A DNA stretch of 64,000 bases from Candidatus Babeliales bacterium (GCA_041671765.1 JBAZAX010000002.1:3609-67608), one strand, 5' to 3'. Positions 42,952-53,710 are shown, numbered from the stretch's first letter. Notes: generated by a model not told the origin, from the letters alone. Numbers and translations are program-made.

Positions 42952-45900
42952 CTACGCACCAAGCTCTTGATTTAATAATGATAATTTACGATGCAATATA
43001 AACATTTTATTTTTTAGTTCCAGCAAAGACCTTTTTAAATTAAAAAGCGAAGATTTTAAGGCTTTCGCGCCAGGGCTTTCGACCGCTTGTTGACGTTGCA
43101 AAACACTTATCAAAGATTCTAAACTTTCCATTCTATGATACAGGTAGTTAATCCAATACCATTTACTATTTATATTTGCACGTATGTATTCGGACAACTT
43201 TTGCTCCTCGCTACTCCAAGCTGAGACAATGCTGTCACGGTTACGAATTCTATCAAATAGATTGAATAATTTCTGTATTTGAGCAATATCTTTTTCAGTC
43301 AAAGCCTTTTTATATAATTTTTCCAAACCCTTTAAAAAAGTAGTTCCTAAATCTTCACTCGAGAAAATAACTTTCTCCCCTCGTTTATATTTTTCAACAT
43401 TTTCATCATAAGTTTTTACCATAAAATCCAAAAGTTCGCCAAGCGGTTGCTCTGATTCAATAGTTGATTTAAACCTAAGCTCTTCAGCCATTCTTTCTCG
43501 CTCAGCTCTTTGTTGCTCTTCAGCAATTCGAGCGGCCTCTTTTTGTTCTACTATCTTTTTCTGCAAAAACATTCCCCGATCCTCATCAATTCCAAGCATA
43601 CACGCCGCAAAATCTTCCTCATCGGGGATAAACTCTTTTAGTTTTGGCTCTAATTTACTTTGAATCAAAATGCTTATTTGGGATATTATTTTCCAGGCAT
43701 TTGTAAATGCAATAAATTTTTCGATATTGCCATCCAAAATTTTCCCATCTGTATCTAATTCGTAAAATTCTGGATTTATTTTGTAACTATTTGCAGGTCC
43801 GGGAATTTCAAGAGGAGCCTTTATGTCTTTTTGCTGCTTAATAACTACATATGCACTTCGTGAAAGGGCTTCGAGCTGATCCCGTGTTACATCTTTCAAT
43901 ATTTGATCTAAAACAAATTCATCGACTGTTGCGAGCTGAACAACCTGCTCTTCAGAAGTTTTATCCGCAGCACCTATAATTTGAGGAAGTGTTGATATAG
44001 ATTGTTCTGTTTTTTCACTTATAAAGTTTAATTTATCACGCTTAGCTTTAAGTTTAAGATAAGCATCTTTATTTCCAGCTTCAACAAATTCCCCCGCTTG
44101 CCATTTTTGCCGAGCTTCCTGAAAACTATCAGGCTTCTGCCCTCGTAACTTATCCAGCTCTTTTTCGATTTCTTCTTTCTTTATTTGCTCGTCATCTGGC
44201 AACTCTTGGCCCAGATCCATCAACTCATCATCTTTTGCAGACAACTTATCAAATTCTTCCTTTAATCTGGCAAAACGGTCTTTATCGCTTGGTTGTACAA
44301 AATCCCCATTTAACCATTTTTTCATTTCAGCTTGGCATGCTTTCATATCTGGAGCTTTTCCAATCATTAAATTTATTGATTCTCTCAAAGCTTCTTCTTG
44401 CGCCTCTACCTCTTGCTTCAGTGCATCAATCTGTTCTTTTTTATATTTTTTTAATAATTCGCCTATTGCGTCTTGCTGCATTTTTAGTAATTGATCTAAA
44501 GATATAGCCATTACCGTTTCATGAAGAGGTTCTTCCCATTTAACTGGTATGACGACTGTATCTGCAAAATCAGCTTTTCTGCCTATATATTGTAATGTCC
44601 CAAACCTGCGAGCACTTAAAAGAGCATCTTCCTGTTTATCAAACACCTCCATTTCTGTTCTGTTTTTCGTAGCACGGTAATAACGTGCCTTATTGCCAAT
44701 AGTTTGTAGCTGTTTTAAAATATCCGGCTCTACATCCATACGCAAATCTGCATCTAAGCGATTTAATAGTTGACGGTTATTACGAATTAATGGAATGATT
44801 TTTGATATTGGCATTCCATGCCACAAACACAATTCAATTTGCTCAAAAAATGATTTTTTTTCACCTTCAGACCAGAAATGAACCCTAGCTAGCGCATCAA
44901 ATAAAAACTTAAGTTTTGCCTTGACGCCAAGATGTTTTACCTCATCCTTCTTTGCAAGTATTTCCTCTAGCGAAGCCCCATATGCAATAGTTTCAAAAAC
45001 AATATCATCCGAATTATGCAAATACATATCCGCTTCTGTATAAGGCATATGCCCAGATGTCTCCCATGTTTTGCCTACTGATAAAAATGACACGAGATGA
45101 CATTCTTCAATTGTTGCTGGGTAAATAACCTCCTGATATTTGTTTGCTAAAAATTCTGCTTGCCGTTTTATCCCATCTTTAACAAATTGAGACATTTGAT
45201 CCAATTGCTCTTGAGTAAAATATATTTGACTTAATAAATTAAGCGTATTTTCAGCATCAAATTTTTTGTCTGGTGAAATGTGATTTCTTGCTGCCAAAGT
45301 TTGATGATATATTGCAGACAGGTAAGATAAATATATTGGGTGAAAACTATAATTATCATTTATGTATTTTATAAAATCTTCACTCAACGGATGTACACAG
45401 GCATCAATATAAATTCCACTTCTTTTGACCCCATCATATTCTCTTGCAATTCGACGCGGAGTTGCATCTATCTTCTCTTTCAAACACTTACAACAAGCTA
45501 CATGGGCAGGATTGCATGGTAGGAAAAATGGCATATGATCTGTACCATTTAAAAACTCATCGTCCCCGGCTGCCTTCTTTATTTTGCACACCAAATAAAC
45601 TGATGAATACCAGCTTTTCAATGCATCATAAAGTTTCTTTTCCAAATCATCAATCTCGCGACCTTCCGCTTCGGCAGTTTCCCAGGCCTTTATTTTTGCA
45701 GGAAGATCAATTTTTAGTTTTTTTATTTCCGGAATAATCCACTTTTTTAGAGATTGGGTAGATGCGACGTCTTCTGTTAATTTTTTTACATCTAGCTCTT
45801 CTTGTCTAACGGTATCATTTAATTTTAACAGTTCCCTTTCCCCATCGGATATGGCAGATTTTATATCTAAAAATCTTCGCTCTAAACCAGTTAACATTGC

Positions 45901-47217
45901 ATCAAACTTCAAATTGATCTCTTTAACTTGAGGCTGATATTCTTTTTCTATCTCTTTTTTAATTCTTTCTTCTATTGCCCTTAAATTGGATTGAATTATT
46001 GCTAAGTCTGCTGGTAAAATATCCGGCCATGTTCTTGCCGATTCATAAAATTCTTTTTGTTCTAAATATTCCTTATCTTCTTTTATTTTTTTTATAAGAG
46101 CATCCTGTATCAACCTTTCAACTTCTTGTCTTTTACGAATATTAATAGACTCAATATCTCGCTTCACCTGATCAATTTGTTGCGTTTGCTTTAATGCCAT
46201 ATCTCTTTTTCTAATTATTTCGCTTGCATGATCACGCAGGCGCTGCTGCAAGCCTACAAGTTCTCGTTCCCTCTGCAAAATCTCATCTCTATTTTCTTCT
46301 TTAAATTTGCGCCACAGAGCTTTTATCTCCGGCGTATTTTCCAAATATTTAAGTTTTACACTGTTTTCAGCAAATTCTTTATTCAAATTAATTTGGAAGT
46401 CTACCATTGATATCCAATCATCCACAGATTGGGTGGAAACTCTTTTTGATGGATCTGCAACTTCAATTATCCACTTTTGATATATGTCATAACATATTGG
46501 GAAATAATATGAGCCAAGCGACCTTCCATTCTCCGCGTCAGCAACCACAATTTCTAATTCTTCTGAATCCTGACCTGTTTTACGGACAAGTATAGCTGTC
46601 CAGTGGCCTACATTTATGGCAAATTTGGTATCGGATTGAGATATAACAAGCATGTAACTTAATTCACCACTAATAATTTTTTGGATAAAATCTTGAATAT
46701 CCTCCTTTTGGCCTTTTATTGGTGTAAAATTATTTGATCCAGGCCCCATTCCCCAAAGAATTGTTTTATTTTTGATTTCAGGTGGATAAAGTTTATTAAC
46801 AACTTCATTTATGTCATATTGCTTTCCAAAAACTCTTGGAAACTTTCCCCTCAGATCTTGGAAAAAGCTTGCTAAATCAGGTTGATTTGAAAAGGCCCCT
46901 GTCAATTCTGAGTAAGTTGCATAAGGTTTTTTTTCTAAAACTTCCCCCATTCGCAATACATAAAAAATTGTTGCATCTTCACAAGTTATACTCGAATTTA
47001 CAGAAAATCGTTCAGGGGCGTTAAGATAATAAATATATGGAGATTTTCTTTTATCAAAACCCTTTAACCCATCAACGCGATTAGACTTAATCGATTCATA
47101 TACCCCAAAAATATCAGCGTCTTTATTCACCATACAAAAAAGGAATTGCCGCCCAAACAACAACAAAAGAATGGAAGCAATTATGTAAACACGATATTTC
47201 TTATAAAGTATTTTCAT
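42952..47217 (-). CDS. Very large membrane-anchored coiled-coil protein (about 1420 aa)
   Basis: Uninterrupted ORF. I prefer ATG 47215-47217 ('MKILYKKYRVYIIASILLLLF'), which has 'AAGGAA' 7 nt upstream, over the start at 47277. Long heptad-like charged regions. Confidence 0.7.
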   Translation of the reverse strand: MKILYKKYRVYIIASILLLLFGRQFLFCMVNKDADIFGVYESIKSNRVDGLKGFDKRKSPYIYYLNAPERFSVNSSITCEDATIFYVLRMGEVLEKKPYATYSELTGAFSNQPDLASFFQDLRGKFPRVFGKQYDINEVVNKLYPPEIKNKTILWGMGPGSNNFTPIKGQKEDIQDFIQKIISGELSYMLVISQSDTKFAINVGHWTAILVRKTGQDSEELEIVVADAENGRSLGSYYFPICYDIYQKWIIEVADPSKRVSTQSVDDWISMVDFQINLNKEFAENSVKLKYLENTPEIKALWRKFKEENRDEILQRERELVGLQQRLRDHASEIIRKRDMALKQTQQIDQVKRDIESINIRKRQEVERLIQDALIKKIKEDKEYLEQKEFYESARTWPDILPADLAIIQSNLRAIEERIKKEIEKEYQPQVKEINLKFDAMLTGLERRFLDIKSAISDGERELLKLNDTVRQEELDVKKLTEDVASTQSLKKWIIPEIKKLKIDLPAKIKAWETAEAEGREIDDLEKKLYDALKSWYSSVYLVCKIKKAAGDDEFLNGTDHMPFFLPCNPAHVACCKCLKEKIDATPRRIAREYDGVKRSGIYIDACVHPLSEDFIKYINDNYSFHPIYLSYLSAIYHQTLAARNHISPDKKFDAENTLNLLSQIYFTQEQLDQMSQFVKDGIKRQAEFLANKYQEVIYPATIEECHLVSFLSVGKTWETSGHMPYTEADMYLHNSDDIVFETIAYGASLEEILAKKDEVKHLGVKAKLKFLFDALARVHFWSEGEKKSFFEQIELCLWHGMPISKIIPLIRNNRQLLNRLDADLRMDVEPDILKQLQTIGNKARYYRATKNRTEMEVFDKQEDALLSARRFGTLQYIGRKADFADTVVIPVKWEEPLHETVMAISLDQLLKMQQDAIGELLKKYKKEQIDALKQEVEAQEEALRESINLMIGKAPDMKACQAEMKKWLNGDFVQPSDKDRFARLKEEFDKLSAKDDELMDLGQELPDDEQIKKEEIEKELDKLRGQKPDSFQEARQKWQAGEFVEAGNKDAYLKLKAKRDKLNFISEKTEQSISTLPQIIGAADKTSEEQVVQLATVDEFVLDQILKDVTRDQLEALSRSAYVVIKQQKDIKAPLEIPGPANSYKINPEFYELDTDGKILDGNIEKFIAFTNAWKIISQISILIQSKLEPKLKEFIPDEEDFAACMLGIDEDRGMFLQKKIVEQKEAARIAEEQQRAERERMAEELRFKSTIESEQPLGELLDFMVKTYDENVEKYKRGEKVIFSSEDLGTTFLKGLEKLYKKALTEKDIAQIQKLFNLFDRIRNRDSIVSAWSSEEQKLSEYIRANINSKWYWINYLYHRMESLESLISVLQRQQAVESPGAKALKSSLFNLKRSLLELKNKMFILHRKLSLLNQELGA

Positions 47218-47344
47218 ATCTAAGTTCCTTAATAACCATTTATAAATTAGAAATATAACTCTGCAGAGATATACCATTTTTAAAAAATAAAATGGAATGA
47301 TTCATTTAAAAAGGTTTGAAGTCTTTGCTAATTGCAAAAAATTA

Positions 47345-47374
47345 TAAAAAAGGCGCAGTATTTTTCACTGCGCC
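47345..47374 (-). terminator. Rho-independent terminator of clpB
   Basis: 8-bp GC-rich stem GGCGCAGT/ACTGCGCC, followed by a T-run on the minus strand (A-run 47346-47351 on plus). Confidence 0.7.
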
Positions 47375-47410
47375 CAAGCTATTATTAAATTATTTTAATA
47401 TAAATAACTA

Positions 47411-49969
47411 TTAACTGATCACAATCTGATCTTTTTTAGCATCGATTATGAAAAGTTTCTTGTCAGGATTTTTAAGAATCTGGATAGAAAGCGGGCTAAC
47501 AACATAATGCTGCACAGCTCGTTTTAAAGGCCTGGCTCCAAACTCTTTTTGGTACCCAAGCTCACCCAAAAACTCAATTGCACCGCTTGTAACATCAAGC
47601 TCTATGTTTTTCTCTTTTAACCGATCACTTAGATAAGCAAGCTGAATGCGTACTATCTGCTCGATATCTTTTTGATTCAAAGATTTAAAGAACACAACCT
47701 CGTCAATTCTATTAAGAATCTCCGGCCGGAAGTATTTAAGAAGTAAGCCATCAATTTCTTTGCGCACTTTCTCAGTAATATCACCTGCAGCTAAAATCAA
47801 GTCTGAACCAATGTTTGAAGTCATAATAATTATGCAATTTTTGAATGACACGGTGCGGCCTTGCGAATCAGTCAGATGGCCTTCATCAAGAATCTGTAAA
47901 AAAATGTTAAATACATCGGGGTGAGCTTTTTCAATCTCATCAAAAAGCACCACGCTGTAAGGATTTTTGCGCACGGCTTCCGTCAATTGGCCACCTTCTT
48001 CGTAACCAACATAACCCGGAGGCGCGCCAATCAGACGCGCAACGGCATGTTTTTCCATATACTCGGACATATCAATACGAATCATCTTGCGTTCATCGTT
48101 AAAAAGATAATCTGCCAAAGTTTTGGCAACTTCTGTTTTGCCAACACCGGTTGGCCCAAGAAACAGAAATGAACCGATTGGTTTGTTTGGATCAGCAATT
48201 CCCGACCTGTGAATTCGAATGGTATCAGAGATTTTGGTAATCGCCTCATCTTGGCCTATAACTCGTTTGTGCAACTCACTTTCCATCTCGATAAGTTTTT
48301 GGCTTTCATCGGATTTTAGTTTTTCAACAGGAACATGCAGCCAACGAGAAAGCACAAGTGCTATGTCATCTTCATCAACCTCTTCTTTGATCAAATGTGT
48401 TTTGAGCTTTTTAAGCTTATCCTGTTCCTGAGCTAATTTTTTTTCTAGCTCGACAATTTTGCCATATTTAATTTTTGAGGCTTTTGCAAAATCACCCTCA
48501 CGTTCAGCCTGTGAAAATTCAACTTTTGCAGCGTCAATCTGCTCTTTTATTTTTTGCATAACTTCAAGAGGTTTCCGCTCAGATTGCCACTGTTCTGATT
48601 TAATTCTATGAGATTCTTTGAGTTCTGATAGTTCTTTTTCTAAATCTTTCAAGCGCGTCTTCGAGGTTTCGTCCTTCTCTTTTCCCAAAGCAACTTTTTC
48701 AATCTCAAGCTGTGTTATACGACGTTGTAACTGATCAATCTCTTCGGGTTTTGAGTCAATCGCCATTTTAACCATTGAAGCGGCTTCGTCAATTAAATCA
48801 ATTGCTTTGTCAGGTAAGAATCTATCAGAAATCATTCGTGATGAAAGCTGTACGGCTTTAACAAGAGCAGAATCTTTGATTCTGATTCCATGATGCAACT
48901 CATAACGTTCTTTCAAACCACGCAAGATTGAGATTGCATCTTCATCTGTCGGTTCTTCGATTAAAACCTTTTGGAACCTACGCTCAAGAGCTGCATCTTT
49001 TTCAATATATTTTTTGTATTCAACAATTGTTGTTGCACCGACACAGTGTAACATGCCACGCGCAAGTGCAGGTTTTAGCAAATTTGAGGCATCCATGCCA
49101 CCATTTGTAGCCCCGGCCCCTACAAGCATATGCAATTCATCGATGAAAAGAATTATGCCTTCCGACTCTTTTTCAATAGCCTCTAAAATGGATTTCAAAC
49201 GCTCTTCAAATTCACCACGATATTTCGTTCCTGCTATCAATGATCCAAGGTCAAGCGATAATATTCTGCGATTTTTAAGACTCTCCGGAACGTCATTGTC
49301 AATAATACGCTGCGCGATACCTTCAACAATTGCAGTTTTACCAACGCCGGGGTCACCGACAAGCACAGGATTATTTTTCGTACGACGTGATAAAATTTGA
49401 ACCACCCGCCTGATTTCATCATTGCGACCAATGACAGGATCAAGCTTGCCATCACGGGCAAGTTTAGTTAGATCCTTGCAGTATTTTTCAAGAACCTGAT
49501 AACCACTCTCCGCATTCTGATTTTTCACCGCTTCCCCTCCCCGCATATTTTTAATCCATTCTAAAACTTTCTGGTCTGTAAAACCATTTTGCTTAAAGTA
49601 CTGTTGTATTTGACTTGGTAATGTTAATGTTTTTGCAAATGCCAGTATACAAACATCCAGACTTATAAATTCATCGCCAAGACTTTTGGCCTCTTTTTCA
49701 CACTCACCTAAAAATTTTTGAAATGAATGATCTACTGAAATCTGTCCACCGGTAACTTTTGGCAAACGAGAAAGCTCTTGATCTACAATCACCCTTAATC
49801 TATCAATATCAAGACCGCATGAACGAAAACCTGATGCACAAAAATCGTTATTCAAAGCAGATGATAAAAGTTGAATTGGCGAAAATGTTGAATACTGTTC
49901 CTGAGTTGCTAACGTATATGCTTCTTGTAATAGCTCTGTGAAAGCATTTGTAAATTTTTCTGAATTCAT
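47411..49969 (-). CDS. clpB: Chaperone disaggregase ClpB
   Basis: Two AAA+ modules ('GDPGVGKTA' and 'GPTGVGKTE') separated by a long coiled-coil middle domain. I prefer start '[14 protein letters not shown]' at 49969, which removes the overlap with the upstream ORF. Confidence 0.9.
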   Translation of the reverse strand: MNSEKFTNAFTELLQEAYTLATQEQYSTFSPIQLLSSALNNDFCASGFRSCGLDIDRLRVIVDQELSRLPKVTGGQISVDHSFQKFLGECEKEAKSLGDEFISLDVCILAFAKTLTLPSQIQQYFKQNGFTDQKVLEWIKNMRGGEAVKNQNAESGYQVLEKYCKDLTKLARDGKLDPVIGRNDEIRRVVQILSRRTKNNPVLVGDPGVGKTAIVEGIAQRIIDNDVPESLKNRRILSLDLGSLIAGTKYRGEFEERLKSILEAIEKESEGIILFIDELHMLVGAGATNGGMDASNLLKPALARGMLHCVGATTIVEYKKYIEKDAALERRFQKVLIEEPTDEDAISILRGLKERYELHHGIRIKDSALVKAVQLSSRMISDRFLPDKAIDLIDEAASMVKMAIDSKPEEIDQLQRRITQLEIEKVALGKEKDETSKTRLKDLEKELSELKESHRIKSEQWQSERKPLEVMQKIKEQIDAAKVEFSQAEREGDFAKASKIKYGKIVELEKKLAQEQDKLKKLKTHLIKEEVDEDDIALVLSRWLHVPVEKLKSDESQKLIEMESELHKRVIGQDEAITKISDTIRIHRSGIADPNKPIGSFLFLGPTGVGKTEVAKTLADYLFNDERKMIRIDMSEYMEKHAVARLIGAPPGYVGYEEGGQLTEAVRKNPYSVVLFDEIEKAHPDVFNIFLQILDEGHLTDSQGRTVSFKNCIIIMTSNIGSDLILAAGDITEKVRKEIDGLLLKYFRPEILNRIDEVVFFKSLNQKDIEQIVRIQLAYLSDRLKEKNIELDVTSGAIEFLGELGYQKEFGARPLKRAVQHYVVSPLSIQILKNPDKKLFIIDAKKDQIVIS

Positions 49970-50006
49970 GCAAAAACTCCCGAATTTTACCTGAATTATA
50001 AAAGAA

Positions 50007-51146
50007 TTAAGCCAGTTCTGAGAATTGCTCGCGTGGAATTGGAACATAACTTAGATGCAAAGATCGCCCCCAGGCTCTTAAAAAACTACGTAACCTGTAT
50101 GCTTTTGGCGTAGTAGAATTTCTAGGAAATGCCGGATCTATGCATAAAACGCACTGTTTTTCTTTATTCCATCCCACAACAACCATCAAATGCCCATTTG
50201 TGTATGAGGTGGCTCCACCACGTAACTTGCGAACACTAACGGCCACGGGAATTTTTTTGGAAAGATATTTATACAGATCATCAAAAAAGTTTAATCTCTC
50301 AACTCGAAAGAAAACATTTCCATAAGTTGCGTCATGTGCGGCTGCAACATTAAGCGGCCAATTTCCATAAATATTTAAGTACCCATTGTCATAAACTTTA
50401 TCTGCAAAATCAACCATATAACTGTTCAAATCATGTGAACAGTCACCGTAAAGTTTTTTATTGAAATAATTTACAATAATTCCGGTAGATGTTGGTGAAC
50501 ACAAATCTCGGTACCGTGGGTGATTTAGCACCATTTGAGACTGCCTTGGCACACCACTCACAATGACAGATGGAAGATTTGAAACGTAGGAATCACCCTT
50601 GAACTTTTTAACATTTGATAAACATGCAAATAGGGCTTTTAGATTTTTTGGATTTGCACCTTTTTGAAATACGACTTTTACCTTGAATGCTGTACCCAAC
50701 TGCCCTTTTTTTAATTCTACTTTAGAGTGCGTTGTGTGCACGTAACGGTTGAGCTTATTAACGAAGGTTCTTTGAGAACTGGCTCCCCACTCAGCCAAAC
50801 GCTGCCACCCAGCCCATGAAGAATGCTTTACATTAACCCAAAAAGTCATTTTCCCTGATTCAGGGCGCATCGCATTCCAGGATAAAATTAGTTCAGTAAA
50901 ATGAAAATTCGGCTCACATTCCCAAATAAAAAATTCTTGATCGGAATCAATTTCACCGTCAAAAATATATCTTGATACGGTTTTTGAAAATTTTTCATTA
51001 CTGACAGTTTGAGTTGAATCCAAATCTCTTCGTCGTTTTCTTCTTCCAGCAGTTACTGCATTTACATTCAAAAAATTAAACGCGAAGCACGTTATTAAAA
51101 ATAAAAAAATCCGCTTTTTAAATCCAATAAAAACCTTCATTAGCAT
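50007..51146 (-). CDS. Secreted papain-like cysteine peptidase (C39-like domain)
   Basis: Signal-like N-terminus. Candidate nucleophile 'DLCSPTSTGIIVNYF' and His 'NGHLMVVVGW' in the order and spacing seen in C39-like domains. Confidence 0.55.
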   Translation of the reverse strand: MLMKVFIGFKKRIFLFLITCFAFNFLNVNAVTAGRRKRRRDLDSTQTVSNEKFSKTVSRYIFDGEIDSDQEFFIWECEPNFHFTELILSWNAMRPESGKMTFWVNVKHSSWAGWQRLAEWGASSQRTFVNKLNRYVHTTHSKVELKKGQLGTAFKVKVVFQKGANPKNLKALFACLSNVKKFKGDSYVSNLPSVIVSGVPRQSQMVLNHPRYRDLCSPTSTGIIVNYFNKKLYGDCSHDLNSYMVDFADKVYDNGYLNIYGNWPLNVAAAHDATYGNVFFRVERLNFFDDLYKYLSKKIPVAVSVRKLRGGATSYTNGHLMVVVGWNKEKQCVLCIDPAFPRNSTTPKAYRLRSFLRAWGRSLHLSYVPIPREQFSELA

Positions 51147-51197
51147 TCCCCCCTGATATGAATTACCCTAAACCCTTAACAATTTTGAAGCTCAACA

Positions 51198-52664
51198 TCA
51201 CTTTCCTACACAAAACTCATTAAAAACAGAGTCTAATACGTGCTCGTTTATATTTCGGCCCGTTAGCTCAAACATAAGCTCCAAAATTTCCTTAAGCTTG
51301 TAAGCTATCAATTCATATTCTAGGGAATTAAGCTGATTTTTTACAACAGAATCAAATTTTAACTCAATTTCAGTAATTAATCGGGCCTGCCTTTGATTTA
51401 ATAAAAATGAAGACTGTTGCATTAAAAAAATTTCTTTTATCTTGTCTTTTACAGCCTGCAACAATGCGGACATTCCGCTCCTTTCCTTAGCTGAAACTAC
51501 AATAATATTACTATAATCTCGTAAAAATATACGTAATTCATTTGCAGATGCATCTGCTTTTTCAAAATTTGACTGATCAATTTTATTTACGACAAAGATA
51601 ACTTTTTCTAAATATAAATCAATAATTTCTTTATATCTGTTTTTTTGTTCCATATTCAAATTTTGGGTGGCATCAAAAACAAGCAATACCAGATCAGCAC
51701 TTTGTGCTTGGGATAAGGATCTTTCTATGCCCTGCATTTCGATGGCATCGCCGGTTTGACGTAAGCCGGCAGTATCAATGAATGTCAAAAAAATTCCGTT
51801 ATCATAAATGCTTGATTCAATAGTATCTCTTGTGGTGCCTTCTATCTGAGAAACTATGGCTCGTTCTTGATTTATAAGTGCATTAAATAATGTGGATTTT
51901 CCGGTATTGACTAGGCCAAGCAGTGCAATTTTTACGCCTTCACGAATCTGCTTTTGTTGGCTAAAATTAACTTTAACCTCGTTTAATTTTTTCAAAATTT
52001 GTAAGCTATGTGTTTTTATTGATCCGTTTAAATCAATATCCCTCTGCTCTTCTTCGATAAACTCAAAACACGCCTCAACAAGACCAAGCAATTTAACAAA
52101 ATCAGCCTGTAATCCAAAAAGAAAATTTGATAGAGTTCCATGTAATTGCTCCATTGATTTCTTCAGAGCAAGTTCGTTTTGTGCATTAATCAAATCGTTG
52201 ATTGCTTCAGCCTGAACCAAATTTAATTTTTCATTTAAGACCGCACGCCTTGAAAATTCACCAGGCCGGGCCATTCTGGCGCCATACCTACATGAAAGTT
52301 GAATAATTTTTTCTATGATAAATGGATTATTGTGACAACTAATCTCGATTGTGTCTTGGCCGGTAAAAGTCCTTGGCGCTCGCATCAGAAAAAATAAGAC
52401 GTCATCAATTTTACTATAACCTATTGAATCGGTATTTTCCGGGTTACTACTTTCCGGATCAATTACAAAACCAAACTGAATTGTATGCGACTCTACTTGA
52501 GATACGTTTTTTCCACAAGCAAGCTTTGAAATAGATTCTATGATACTAAAAACACTATGCCCACAAAGACGTATCAATGCCAGCGCCCCACTCCCTTGAG
52601 GCGTACATAATGCTACAATCGTCTGCTGTTCATCAGCAATGTTTATTTCATTTAGACGATTCAT
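51198..52664 (-). CDS. mnmE: tRNA modification GTPase MnmE
   Basis: G1 'GLVNTGKSTLFNAL', G3 'DTAGLR', 'NKID' and the family-typical C-terminal 'FCVGK'. Confidence 0.9.
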   Translation of the reverse strand: MNRLNEINIADEQQTIVALCTPQGSGALALIRLCGHSVFSIIESISKLACGKNVSQVESHTIQFGFVIDPESSNPENTDSIGYSKIDDVLFFLMRAPRTFTGQDTIEISCHNNPFIIEKIIQLSCRYGARMARPGEFSRRAVLNEKLNLVQAEAINDLINAQNELALKKSMEQLHGTLSNFLFGLQADFVKLLGLVEACFEFIEEEQRDIDLNGSIKTHSLQILKKLNEVKVNFSQQKQIREGVKIALLGLVNTGKSTLFNALINQERAIVSQIEGTTRDTIESSIYDNGIFLTFIDTAGLRQTGDAIEMQGIERSLSQAQSADLVLLVFDATQNLNMEQKNRYKEIIDLYLEKVIFVVNKIDQSNFEKADASANELRIFLRDYSNIIVVSAKERSGMSALLQAVKDKIKEIFLMQQSSFLLNQRQARLITEIELKFDSVVKNQLNSLEYELIAYKLKEILELMFELTGRNINEHVLDSVFNEFCVGK

Positions 52665-53349
52665 GAGATGAAGAGATAGTTACAAGAATCTGATATCCAC
52701 GAAATTTCTTTTTATATTTTCGTTTCAAATACTGCATTAATATATATGAAATACTAGCAGAAACTGCTCTATTTTCATCTTCATTTTCCATTAAAGGCTT
52801 ATCAAACATTATTGAGAGAACTTTTTTGTCGATTTTTGTTGTAAAATTGGTTTGAAACGGCAAAAATTTCAACAAATCACGTAGCCCTTCGCTAACGAAG
52901 CTTATCCATTCAGGAATCCAGATTTGTGATTCTTCAGGCGACAATGGCCCTTGATTTTGCACAACTTTTTTTTCAACTTTTAACTGCTCAATTTTTGAAT
53001 TTACAGCCTGTTGTTGGCGTCTTGCAAACTCTTGTGAATCTGCACTTTGCATTCTGCCACGATCTTGCTGCTGATTTTTTTCTGCCTGACGAGGAGCATA
53101 ATCTGGCCTTGGCCTTTTTTGCTGCGCATCACGATGCTGAAACTCGCGTTCTTTAAATTTATTTTTTTCAGGAGCCCTGACTTCATTAAAAGTAATTGAA
53201 ATTATTGCAGGACGCTTAGCAAAACCAAGAAAACCCTTTTCGCCCGCTTCAAGAATTTTAATCGTAAATTCAGATGGCTTGCCAGACTCAGTCCAGGCTT
53301 TCTCAATTGCGTTTATGATAGAAGAAGCCTCGTGAAGCATTGATTTCAT
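52648..53349 (-). CDS. Jag/KhpB-like RNA-binding protein
   Basis: Jag_N-like 'AIEKAWTESGKPSEFTIKILEAGEKGFLGFAKRPAIISITF'. Overlaps mnmE by 17 nt (the usual jag-mnmE neighbourhood). I prefer ATG 53349 to the TTG start at 53412. Confidence 0.65.
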   Translation of the reverse strand: MKSMLHEASSIINAIEKAWTESGKPSEFTIKILEAGEKGFLGFAKRPAIISITFNEVRAPEKNKFKEREFQHRDAQQKRPRPDYAPRQAEKNQQQDRGRMQSADSQEFARRQQQAVNSKIEQLKVEKKVVQNQGPLSPEESQIWIPEWISFVSEGLRDLLKFLPFQTNFTTKIDKKVLSIMFDKPLMENEDENRAVSASISYILMQYLKRKYKKKFRGYQILVTISSSHESSK

Positions 53350-53525
53350 TGTTACAAAATCCTTTTTCGTAAGAACCTTTGATTTGCTTTCAAATTTTTC
53401 GGTAACTAGCAACTAACAATTTCACAGTACAAAATCCTAAAAAATCCTTTTTTCAAACATTTTCTACACCAAAAATCTATCAGAATTTTATATCCAGTGC
53501 AAACAGAACATTTTTTTTGAGGTTT

Positions 53526-53600
53526 TGGAGCGGGAAACGGGATTCGAACCCGCGACCCTTGCCTTGGCAAGGCAATGCTCTACCACTGAGCTATTCCCGC
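53526..53600 (-). tRNA. tRNA-Gly (anticodon GCC), CCA encoded
   Basis: The reverse complement folds as GCGGGAA-TA-GCTC..GAGC-A-TTGCC-TTGCCAA-GGCAA-..-GCGGG-TTCGAAT-CCCGT-TTCCCGC-T-CCA. Confidence 0.9.
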
Positions 53601-53710
53601 AAGAAGTCAAACGTTAAAAAAGATTCAAATTATCTGCTTAAACTTTATATATAAAACGCATGCTTGTCAAATAATTTTTTCAAAGAATTATACCCCAAAT
53701 TATATGGCGA

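Noticed and set aside
49970-50047. 26-codon N-terminal extension of ClpB. Similar extensions occur on the helicase (28918-29007) and the giant protein (47218-47277).
   Set aside because: Internal Met codons coincide with the conserved family N-termini or with a good RBS. The ClpB extension would also overlap the upstream gene.
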